This document shows, one piece after another, positions 17,716-24,787 of a stretch of DNA of 33,188 bases. The stretch covers positions 1-33,188 of IMG/VR virus record IMGVR_UViG_3300024179_000008, one strand, 5' to 3'. Below the pieces are notes generated by a model. That model saw only the letters and a list, made by a program, of their open reading frames with translations. It was not told where the DNA came from and ran no database searches. Source of the stretch: a virus. Lineage: Duplodnaviria > Caudoviricetes. Position numbers and translations under genes: made by a program. The number at the start of each line of letters is the position of its first letter. Within the stretch, counting starts at the first letter, position 1.

Positions 17716-17991
17716 TTACGGTATTGACTTCGGATACGGGCGCCCGACGACGGGTGCCCAGTGCGTCGGGTAGATTTGCCCCCCGTCGATGCACGTCTCG
17801 AAAAAACCGCGCCCTGACCACCTGGCCCGATCCGCCTCGCCATCCGGTAGATTAGACGGCCACACCATTACCGGTTCGTATTCTTTGCCGGCGATAAAAG
17901 GCGCCTCGCCCGGCACGATCCGCCGGAACCGCTGCACTAGTTCAAATGTATCGGGTTCTCGAATTGATTGAGCATCGGGTGGGATTGGCAT
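17716..17991 (-). CDS. Hypothetical protein, 91 aa (MPIPPDAQSI...PTHWAP)
   Basis: GGAGG upstream; PTHW.P motif common in small phage proteins. Confidence 0.5.
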   Translation of the reverse strand: MPIPPDAQSIREPDTFELVQRFRRIVPGEAPFIAGKEYEPVMVWPSNLPDGEADRARWSGRGFFETCIDGGQIYPTHWAPVVGRPYPKSIP

Positions 17992-18234
17992 GTCCAGGGG
18001 AACCTCCCGTGTTCGTGCCGGCTGACGCTCACGGCGCCTATTTCTTTGAAAAATGTACGTTTGACGTGCGGCAAACTGACGCAAAACTGACATCGATTAC
18101 AGCCCCCCGGTTCGCCGAACGCAATCCTATCAATCCCTGATCCGTCGAAAAAAATCTGTTGCTAGCTTTCCCGGGCGAGACGTAGCTTTGCCTGCAGAAA
18201 ACTGCGGGTCGACAAAACTGCGGGGAGACAGTCG

Positions 18235-18468
18235 ATGGGCGACCAGGTGGATCGGGAGCTCGAGCTCGTCCTCCACGTCTATCGCCTGGCCGAGTCCGTG
18301 CCCTTGGACACGGCATTGATGGTGCTGATGACGACGGTTTCGCTTTTGATTAAGGGCTCGGGGCTCGCCGGCTCACTCTGGCAGCAGCTCGCCGAGCGTG
18401 TCGAAGAACAACGCCTTCTCACCCAGGAAGGGACGGCGACCCACCCCCCACCGCAGCGGATGCAGTGA
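18235..18468 (+). CDS. Hypothetical protein, 77 aa
   Basis: GGGGAG RBS; starts a run of closely spaced small genes. Confidence 0.55.
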   Translation: MGDQVDRELELVLHVYRLAESVPLDTALMVLMTTVSLLIKGSGLAGSLWQQLAERVEEQRLLTQEGTATHPPPQRMQ

Positions 18469-18469
18469 C

Positions 18470-18616
18470 ATGCTGCGCGACGTACTGCGCGACGCCATTA
18501 CACTGCTAGTGATGATCGCCCTGGTGGTGTTGCTTTGCTGCGCTGCCTGGCTCGGCGCCAGCGAACGATTGCGCATACATCCGCGTCCGGTTGTCGAAGT
18601 GGGAGATACGCGGTGA
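18470..18616 (+). CDS. Small single-TM protein, 48 aa
   Basis: AITLLVMIALVVLLCCAAWLG; GTGA-coupled to the next gene. Confidence 0.5.
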   Translation: MLRDVLRDAITLLVMIALVVLLCCAAWLGASERLRIHPRPVVEVGDTR

Positions 18617-18807
18617 CAGACGAAGCCTTTATCATAAAGATCGCTCGGCTGCGTCAGCAGGCGATCCTTATACGCCAGGCCGCCGGCATTCGGACCAATG
18701 GCGGTCATGGTGAGGATCGGCTGCTCCTCCAAATCGCGGAGCAGATCGAGGCGGAAGCCAATGAATTAGAACGCACGCTCGCTAGTCCCCACGGGCGAGC
18801 ATGCTAG
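18613..18807 (+). CDS. Hypothetical protein, 64 aa
   Basis: GGGAG RBS; GTGA overlap; LLQIAEQIEAEANELE helix. Confidence 0.55.
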   Translation: MTDEAFIIKIARLRQQAILIRQAAGIRTNGGHGEDRLLLQIAEQIEAEANELERTLASPHGRAC

Positions 18808-18892
18808 AGGCGGGCCGCCTGCTCGGCGCACCCCCAACCGCTAGAGAGTTGGCGGCCCGGCCTCGCCTGCGGATTGTCGGCGAAGTGCAGCG

Positions 18893-19183
18893 ATGTCTGA
18901 TCGAGAGATGAAAACCGTTCCCGGCGTGCCGCGCGACGTCACCGTACTGTTCGACCACTTCGCGCATCAACTGGCGCGCGCCGGGTTCACCCGGTATTCG
19001 GCACGTGCCATCCTGCACCGCATCCGCTGGCACCATCACGTCGAGCGCGGCAACCGGACGTTCAAATGCAACAATTTGTGGACCCCGGCGATGGCCCGCG
19101 CCTGGCTCGCCGAGAACCCGCAATATCCGGGGTTTTTCGAGACGCGCGCTTCGCCGGGCGGAGGCCATGACAACGACGAATAG
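18893..19183 (+). CDS. Conserved phage hypothetical protein, 96 aa
   Basis: RYSARAILHRIRWH...FKCNN..TPAMAR...PQYPGFFETR pattern that I recall from phage proteins. Confidence 0.75.
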   Translation: MSDREMKTVPGVPRDVTVLFDHFAHQLARAGFTRYSARAILHRIRWHHHVERGNRTFKCNNLWTPAMARAWLAENPQYPGFFETRASPGGGHDNDE

Positions 19184-19184
19184 G

Positions 19185-19276
19185 GGACAAGACGGTGAGT
19201 GTCCCTGGGGCGCCGAGTCCCGAACAACCCCGTCAGTCCGTGGGCGCGCTCCGTGAAATCACGCGCCGCGACGGGC
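19185..19276 (+). ncRNA. Putative structured cis-acting RNA, copy B, in the xis-int leader
   Basis: GGACAAGACGGTGAGTGTCC-[hairpin]-ACAACCCCGTC-[hairpin]-GACGGGC; cores identical to 6009-6090 minus. Confidence 0.6.
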
Positions 19277-19321
19277 AACTTGAATTGCAATTGATTGGAT
19301 ATAAATCCAGTGGAGGCCGTA

Positions 19322-19684
19322 ATGGCTGAGAGTGAGTTGACCCTGGCCCAGGTTGCCGAGCGGCTGCGGCTGCAGCCGATTACCCTGCGGCGCTTTTTGC
19401 GTCAGATCGGGTTTGAGGCGATCCAGGGCGGCGACACGCTACTCTTTACCGAGGCCGATTACCTGATCATCCGCGAGGCTCGCCGCAAATGCCGCTCACG
19501 ATCATCGACCGCAAAGGCACCAAATACCTCCGCGGCACCGTCCGAGGCATCGCTATCTATGAGAGCACAAAAACTAAGAACGCGGCGCTTGCCGAAGCGA
19601 TCCGCATCAGCCGCGAAAACCAGCTCCTCCATGAATCCGTACTCGGACCCCGAGCCAGTCGTACATTTGAAGCGGCAGCCATAG
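19322..19684 (+). CDS. xis: Excisionase-like HTH protein overlapping the integrase 5' end
   Basis: GGAGG RBS; LTLAQVAERLRLQPITLRRFL...LLFTEAD; directly upstream of int. Confidence 0.7.
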   Translation: MAESELTLAQVAERLRLQPITLRRFLRQIGFEAIQGGDTLLFTEADYLIIREARRKCRSRSSTAKAPNTSAAPSEASLSMRAQKLRTRRLPKRSASAAKTSSSMNPYSDPEPVVHLKRQP

Positions 19685-20610
19685 AATACGTCGAGGCGCG
19701 CGAACCGGGCCGCTCGCAGCGCGATGCGATCCTTGGCGCCGAGCGAGCCGATGGCAGCTTGTCTCCCTGTCTGTTGACCGATTTCGGCGCCATGCTGTGC
19801 GCCAAGATCGATCAGGACGCCGTCGATCGCGTCATCAAGCGGCGCTTTCGCGGCCGGTCGCCGGCCACCATCCAGCGCGCCCTGCTGACGCCGCTCAAGG
19901 CGGTGCTGCATTTTGCAGCCAAAAAGAAATATTGCGATATTCCGGCATTCGACCCGCCGCAAGGGCAGCAAAGCCGCGGGCGCACCCGCTGGTGCGATTA
20001 CGACGAGGCCGACCGGCTGCTCCGCGCCTGCTCACCGCATATCTACCACATCGTCCTCTTCCTGCTGCTGACCGGGGCGCGCATCGGCGAGACCTTGGCG
20101 CTCGAGTGGGGCGACGTCGATCTCGCCGGGAACTGGTGCATTTTCCGTAACACCAAACGCAACAAGCGCGGCCACCTCGAGGGTGAGGCGCGCGGTGTGC
20201 CGTTGCACCCGCAGCTTGTCATGATGCTCGCCAATCTGCGGCGCCGTCCGGGCCAGGCCCAGGTATTTCTGACCCCGGACGGTGAGCCCTACGCCGCGCG
20301 CGACGGCGGCGGTCATATCAAGACCGGCTGGCGGGCTGCCTTGCGTCGCGCCGGCATCGCGGATCTGCGGGTACACGACCTGCGGCACACCTTTGCGACC
20401 TGGCTGATGCTGGCCCGCGTGCCCGATCGGATACGCGAGGAGATCATGGGTCACCAGGCGTCTTCGATGGGGTCGCGCTACGCGCACGTCCCCAAGCCGG
20501 AGATCATAGATGCCGTGTCTCTGTTACAGACCCGTGCAAAATCCGTGCACCAGTATCGGACGGATCGCGGATTACCGAAGAAAATCAATGACATGAGGCT
20601 GGTCGGCTAA
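19489..20610 (+). CDS. int: Tyrosine integrase, 373 aa
   Basis: TGARIGE (R), NTKRN (K), HDLRHT, MGH, RYAH (Y). Confidence 0.96.
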   Translation: MPLTIIDRKGTKYLRGTVRGIAIYESTKTKNAALAEAIRISRENQLLHESVLGPRASRTFEAAAIEYVEAREPGRSQRDAILGAERADGSLSPCLLTDFGAMLCAKIDQDAVDRVIKRRFRGRSPATIQRALLTPLKAVLHFAAKKKYCDIPAFDPPQGQQSRGRTRWCDYDEADRLLRACSPHIYHIVLFLLLTGARIGETLALEWGDVDLAGNWCIFRNTKRNKRGHLEGEARGVPLHPQLVMMLANLRRRPGQAQVFLTPDGEPYAARDGGGHIKTGWRAALRRAGIADLRVHDLRHTFATWLMLARVPDRIREEIMGHQASSMGSRYAHVPKPEIIDAVSLLQTRAKSVHQYRTDRGLPKKINDMRLVG

Positions 20611-20802
20611 CCCCCTTGGTAAGGGGGAGGTCCGGGGTTCGACCCCCCGCGGCAGCACCAAATTCCCCCTAGAAAATCAATGGCTTACTGAAAATGCCCG
20701 AAATCGGCTCGGACCTCAAAAGACCTCAAAATACCGTGAACAGACCGTGAAGAGCGGACAAAATCCGTGCAAAATCCGTGCACGGGCGTGCAAATCCGTG
20801 CA
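20532..20802. mobile_element. attP with arm-type repeats and IHF-like sites
   Basis: AAATCCGTGCA at 20539, 20761, 20772, 20792; IHF-like AATCAATGACATG (20583) and AATCAATGGCTTA (20675); tandem GACCTCAAAA x2 (20712-20731) and ACCGTGAA x2. Confidence 0.85.
20611..20660 (+). other. att core: 3' portion of tRNA-Thr(GGT), not a full tRNA
   Basis: CCCCC-TTGGTAA-GGGGG anticodon arm, AGGTC, CGGGG-TTCGACC-CCCCG T arm, CGGCAGC-A-CCA; no 5' acceptor strand or D arm upstream. Confidence 0.9.
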
Positions 20803-20837
20803 GGGACGGATAGAGAACGTAGGTTAGGAGGGGGAAT

Positions 20838-21068
20838 ATGGACGAGGATCTCTACGCCGAAATCTGGCGCAGATTTGATGGGGCGGAAGGCATTGAAGGG
20901 GCGCTGTATGCGATTGCCCTGACGCTGGCCAGTATCGATGGTCAGCTTGAGAGGCTCGGCGACCCCGAGGCTTCGCTGTTGAGCGTGCTTGAGAGTTTGC
21001 GCCTCAACCTCGGCAACAAAATCTCAGATGCCAGCTACAGGATTGCGGAGGCGATCGAGAGGGATTGA
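20838..21068 (+). CDS. Hypothetical protein, 76 aa
   Basis: AGGAGGGGG RBS. Confidence 0.65.
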   Translation: MDEDLYAEIWRRFDGAEGIEGALYAIALTLASIDGQLERLGDPEASLLSVLESLRLNLGNKISDASYRIAEAIERD

Positions 21069-21142
21069 CACCCGGTCGTAAATCTGCGACCAACCAGGCA
21101 GCTACGGCCGATCCGGCCGGGCGGTTATCGGCTGGAGGCCGC

Positions 21143-21274
21143 ATGCATCGCACCCTTATCGTTTCTCTGCTCTCGATCTACCTGCTTGCCGCCGTCTCGT
21201 ATCAATGCGTGCTCGAGATCGTGCCGTGCCACGAGACGCCAACCTCAACCGACGTCGCCGCTGCGAGGGCGTAA
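21143..21274 (+). CDS. Small hydrophobic/exported peptide, 43 aa (MHRTLIVSLLSIYLLAAVS...)
   Basis: GGAGG RBS; TAATG coupling to the HTH gene. Confidence 0.5.
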   Translation: MHRTLIVSLLSIYLLAAVSYQCVLEIVPCHETPTSTDVAAARA

Positions 21275-21501
21275 TGACCGACGATCTGGAATTGCTGCAC
21301 CGGGCCGGCGAGCTGCTCTACGGCCAGGACTGGCAGTCCGAGCTGGCGCGGGCACTGGGCATCTCCCCGCGCTCCGTGCAACGGTGGGTCGCGGGAGAGC
21401 GTCTCCCGGCCCCCGAGCGGTGGGCGGCGATCCACGCTCTCGCGGTCGAGCGGGGCGAGGAGCTGGCGCACCTCCTCGAGGAATTGGCGGCCAGGAAATA
21501 G
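21274..21501 (+). CDS. XRE/Cro-type HTH regulator, 75 aa
   Basis: LLYGQDWQSELARALGISPRSVQRWVAGERLP. Confidence 0.85.
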   Translation: MTDDLELLHRAGELLYGQDWQSELARALGISPRSVQRWVAGERLPAPERWAAIHALAVERGEELAHLLEELAARK

Positions 21502-21503
21502 GT

Positions 21504-21695
21504 CTAGGTCGCGCCCGTCCGCTGTAATTGCCGCGCGAGCCGCGGCAGCGCAACGCCAAGGAGATCGTCGGCGAGCTGCAGCGCATCGATCGGGCTCAGC
21601 TCGATTTCCTGGCCGTCGCGCCCCTCATAGAGCGTAAGGCGGATTTTTCTCCCATCATCGGTGACGACGGCTCGGGTGTCTGCTATCAACGGCAT
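21504..21695 (-). CDS. Hypothetical protein, 63 aa
   Basis: Protein-like (IELSPIDALQLADDLL); fills the gap between two HTH genes. Confidence 0.5.
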   Translation of the reverse strand: MPLIADTRAVVTDDGRKIRLTLYEGRDGQEIELSPIDALQLADDLLGVALPRLARQLQRTGAT

Positions 21696-21722
21696 GCAGT
21701 TACCAAAGCTGTTGAGGGGGCA

Positions 21723-22391
21723 GTGCCTGCGGCTAATCCAAGGCCAAATCTGCGCGCTTGGCGAGCATATCGAGGACTCACTCAGACCGCGGTGCAGGGA
21801 CGACTCGGCTGGGCTCCGTCACGCCTTTTTACCCTTGAATCCGGCCGGGCCGTCATTACCGATCAGGTGCTGATTGCCTTGGCCGATATCTACGATTGCA
21901 CAGTAGATGATCTGTTAAACCGAAAGCCTGACGGCCCATCAAACGAGACAGAGACTGATTGGGACGATCATAAATTTGTCGCCCTAGTTAAGAAACTGGC
22001 CAAAGAAAGAAATCTAAGTTTAGCTGAGCTATTTCGCAGAGCCAAGATATCGAAAGACTGGATACGACAAACGCCTCGACACGGCCGAAACAGCGGTCAC
22101 ATCCTCAAGATCGCTAAAGCCCTCGGCGTGCCGGCGCAGATATTCAACCCTTCCGCTGATAACCGGAAGATAAGCGGCAGACCATCTCAACGAGATCGCC
22201 CGGTGCAAAGAGTGCAAGCAACCGAAGCCCCCCGACGGCAGGGAGCGGCCGGCTCGCTGACCATGACCTTTGAGCCTGGCGGCAAGATACGGGTGCGCGG
22301 TCACATCGATGCAGTCATCGACAAGCGGCGGTTTCAGGAACTCATCGATCTGATAAAGCCCGAAGGAGAAAGCGAGCCTAAAACGGAATAA
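21723..22391 (+). CDS. Tandem double-HTH (XRE) regulator, 222 aa
   Basis: Domain 1 NLRAWRAYRGLTQ...LESGR...LADIYDCTVDDLL; domain 2 WDDHKFVALVKKLAKERNLSLAELFRRAKI...ILKIAKALGV; GAGGGG RBS before GTG. Confidence 0.75.
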   Translation: MPAANPRPNLRAWRAYRGLTQTAVQGRLGWAPSRLFTLESGRAVITDQVLIALADIYDCTVDDLLNRKPDGPSNETETDWDDHKFVALVKKLAKERNLSLAELFRRAKISKDWIRQTPRHGRNSGHILKIAKALGVPAQIFNPSADNRKISGRPSQRDRPVQRVQATEAPRRQGAAGSLTMTFEPGGKIRVRGHIDAVIDKRRFQELIDLIKPEGESEPKTE

Positions 22392-22396
22392 CGCCG

Positions 22397-22630
22397 TCAG
22401 CGCGCCTCCAGCAGACGCTGCACGTCCCGACAAGACTCCCTAACGGCGACAAACTTCGCGCTCGACAGCCCCACCACGCAATGTATGCCGAGCGCCAAGA
22501 AACGGCTTGAATGCGCTGTCTCGCGCAGCGAGACGATGTGCACCGGGTTCAGCCTGACCTCGTATCCGTCCGACGCATGCAGCACGACGAGCTGCACGGT
22601 TACCAGGAGCGGTAGCAGCACACGGGTCAT
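22397..22630 (-). CDS. FlbD/SwrD-like small protein with hydrophobic N-terminus, 77 aa
   Basis: LVVLHASDGYEVRLNPVHIVSLRE...KFVAVRESCRDV; ATGA-coupled to the upstream membrane gene. Confidence 0.55.
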   Translation of the reverse strand: MTRVLLPLLVTVQLVVLHASDGYEVRLNPVHIVSLRETAHSSRFLALGIHCVVGLSSAKFVAVRESCRDVQRLLEAR

Positions 22631-22797
22631 CCGCGGATAGGCGCGCCCCAGATGGCCCATCCGACCAACAGAAACATGACGAAAAGAAAGACGTTGTTGA
22701 CCCAGATCGGGCCGCCGGGGGCGCCAGGCCAGTATGACCACAGGCTGAAGGCCAGCCAGACCAGCATCAAAATCCAGAAGCACAGGCCGAGCGTCAT
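22627..22797 (-). CDS. Two-TM small membrane protein, holin candidate, 56 aa; not in ORF track
   Basis: Hand translation MTLGLCFWILMLVWLAFSLWSYWPGAPGGPIWVNNVFLFVMFLLVGWAIWGAPIRG; at the end of the late operon. Confidence 0.7.
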   Translation of the reverse strand: MTLGLCFWILMLVWLAFSLWSYWPGAPGGPIWVNNVFLFVMFLLVGWAIWGAPIRG

Positions 22798-23053
22798 GTC
22801 AGGTCACCCCGATTGAATAGTGGAAAAAAATCCCTATATGTGCGCTCGAGCTAAGGGGCTCTCACCGAGGATTAGCGCGCGATGATGTGGGTTTGGTTTC
22901 GTACGGTAGCTTTGTTGCTGCTGTGGGGATGGACCGGCTCTCGCGGTTAAGGCGCGCCAAGCAATCTGCCGAAAATTCACTCTAACTGGAGAGCGCCTTA
23001 TGGCTTGGTTTACGCTTTTATCGTTCTTTCTTGTGCTTTGGGTTTTGAACGTC

Positions 23054-24787
23054 TCATGGGCCGAGTAGGCCGCCTACCGATCCGACCGTAACGCCGGGCG
23101 TTAAGGCTCGGGTTGGATCGGCCAATGCTCCTATCATCGGATGGCGCGTCGCCATCAAGTGAGCCAGTAACGGCTGGCTGATCGGATTATAAATGGACCC
23201 AAACGTCCCCGCCGTGCCGATCAATTTCGCCAAGACCTCAGGAGACAAAAGCCCACTATTTGCCCCGGCGCCTAACGCACCTCCGGTAACAAGGGTTCTA
23301 ATGGGCGTTCCGCTATCCGGCACATTTGCCCCGAGCACTCGACGCGCGGCGTCAGCCGTATCTTGAAATGGCCCAGTCCCGCGCATTTTTGCGTTACCGG
23401 AGAACGTTTGTCCGTAAGCAGCATTCTGCAATTGTGAAGGGCCAAATACGCCGGGGTCTTCACCTGGTCGGGCGACGGCTTTTGAAACTACCTGCATTCG
23501 CGAATAGGCGGCATTTGCCGCTGCAATGTCGGCCGCAGCTTGCGGACTGGAACGCGCCAGGTTCTCACGGAGAATGCTTTGCGCCTCTCCTAAATGTGTG
23601 CCGAGTAACCGCTGATCATAATCGCTATTGCGGTCGTATAAATATCCGCGCGATGCCTTTCCGAGATCGCTCTCGGCAGCTTTGTACCCGTCTCCGGCTA
23701 GATGCCTGTTGGGGTCCAATCGCCTTTCGACATAGTCATCGATCATCCGATTGAACTGCCCACGCTGCGCGTCTGGCAACATCTGCGCTTTAGCCTTGAG
23801 TTGCACGAGAGCGGCTTCGGCTGAGGCATCCAATGGCGCACCGGCAGCGGGAACGCTGCGGGCATAAGCGTCAGTAACACGGTCAGCCATATGGTTTAAG
23901 GCTTCCCGCCCAACCTGCACGCCTTTCGGTAGCTCCTCGTCAAGTGGCTCTAATACATGATTGATTACGCCAGTGTTGAGATCGACAACCGCCCGGCGCC
24001 GTGATGCTTTGATCATGTCCCCGACAATGGGGAGTGAAGTGAGCCCCTGTTCGATGCGATTAACCACTCCACCAGAAGCCTGGCCGATTGTCGGTCGGAC
24101 GCCCATATCCATCAGCTTGCGGACGTCACTGCCCGGTTGGGCCATTGCCGGATCAAAGGCACGCGCAGCCCCGCCCATCAGCATCGATGAGCCAGCCCCA
24201 ACCCCCGCGCCGAGCGCCGCCTGGCCGGCGAGTTGATCGACCGGCGCGTTCGGATCGCCGGTCATCAATGTCGTCGCGGCGCCGCTGCCCATATTCGACA
24301 GGGTACGCGGAAGGAACCGGGCCGATGTCGAGCCCGGCATGGCATACGCCGTGATCGCTGGGATAATCTCCGACCCGGCCTTGGTCATGGCGCTGTCGTC
24401 GGGCGGCCCGCCGGCATGAACCCGCTCATATTCCTGTCGAGCGTTCCGTGCGGCCTCCTGCGCGCCGACACGCAGGCCCGTCGCCCACCCTGGAGTATCT
24501 AGGCCGAGAGCAGGAAACGCGCCTTCTACGGCGCGTCCGCTTAAGACCGCGAGATTGTCGATCGGTTTGCGGAACCCATAAAGAAGATCGGTCCCTGGCG
24601 TGCTCGTGCCGCCTGGCGCTCGCGTTATGATCTGCCCCGTATTCGGGTCGGCGAGGGCATTGGGATTGTCTTGCTGCAGTTGCCTCAGGATCAGCGGGTC
24701 GGTGACGCGATTTGGGTTCGCGCTTTGCGGCTCGAGTAAGGGGGCATCCTCAAGCGCCTTGAGGATCAACGGATCAGTTACGGGCAT
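23054..24787 (-). CDS. Putative DNA ejection (internal virion) protein, 577 aa
   Basis: G/A-rich hydrophobic segments, MGVRPTIGQ and VPDSGTP motifs; last large gene of the podoviral tail module. Confidence 0.7.
   Translation of the reverse strand: MPVTDPLILKALEDAPLLEPQSANPNRVTDPLILRQLQQDNPNALADPNTGQIITRAPGGTSTPGTDLLYGFRKPIDNLAVLSGRAVEGAFPALGLDTPGWATGLRVGAQEAARNARQEYERVHAGGPPDDSAMTKAGSEIIPAITAYAMPGSTSARFLPRTLSNMGSGAATTLMTGDPNAPVDQLAGQAALGAGVGAGSSMLMGGAARAFDPAMAQPGSDVRKLMDMGVRPTIGQASGGVVNRIEQGLTSLPIVGDMIKASRRRAVVDLNTGVINHVLEPLDEELPKGVQVGREALNHMADRVTDAYARSVPAAGAPLDASAEAALVQLKAKAQMLPDAQRGQFNRMIDDYVERRLDPNRHLAGDGYKAAESDLGKASRGYLYDRNSDYDQRLLGTHLGEAQSILRENLARSSPQAAADIAAANAAYSRMQVVSKAVARPGEDPGVFGPSQLQNAAYGQTFSGNAKMRGTGPFQDTADAARRVLGANVPDSGTPIRTLVTGGALGAGANSGLLSPEVLAKLIGTAGTFGSIYNPISQPLLAHLMATRHPMIGALADPTRALTPGVTVGSVGGLLGP

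Noticed and set aside
19185-19204. Guanidine-III riboswitch (also contains GGACAAGACGG as I recall)
   Set aside because: In that family the motif is at the 3' end and pairs with an upstream CCGU within a pseudoknot; here it opens the element, forms its own hairpin, and no guanidine-related gene follows
20611-20660. Functional phage tRNA-Thr gene
   Set aside because: 5' acceptor strand and D arm are absent; upstream sequence is integrase coding region, so this is an att core
21528-21722. N-terminal 65 codons of the 287-aa ORF
   Set aside because: Overlaps the opposite-strand 63-aa gene; RBS and HTH start favour GTG at 21723
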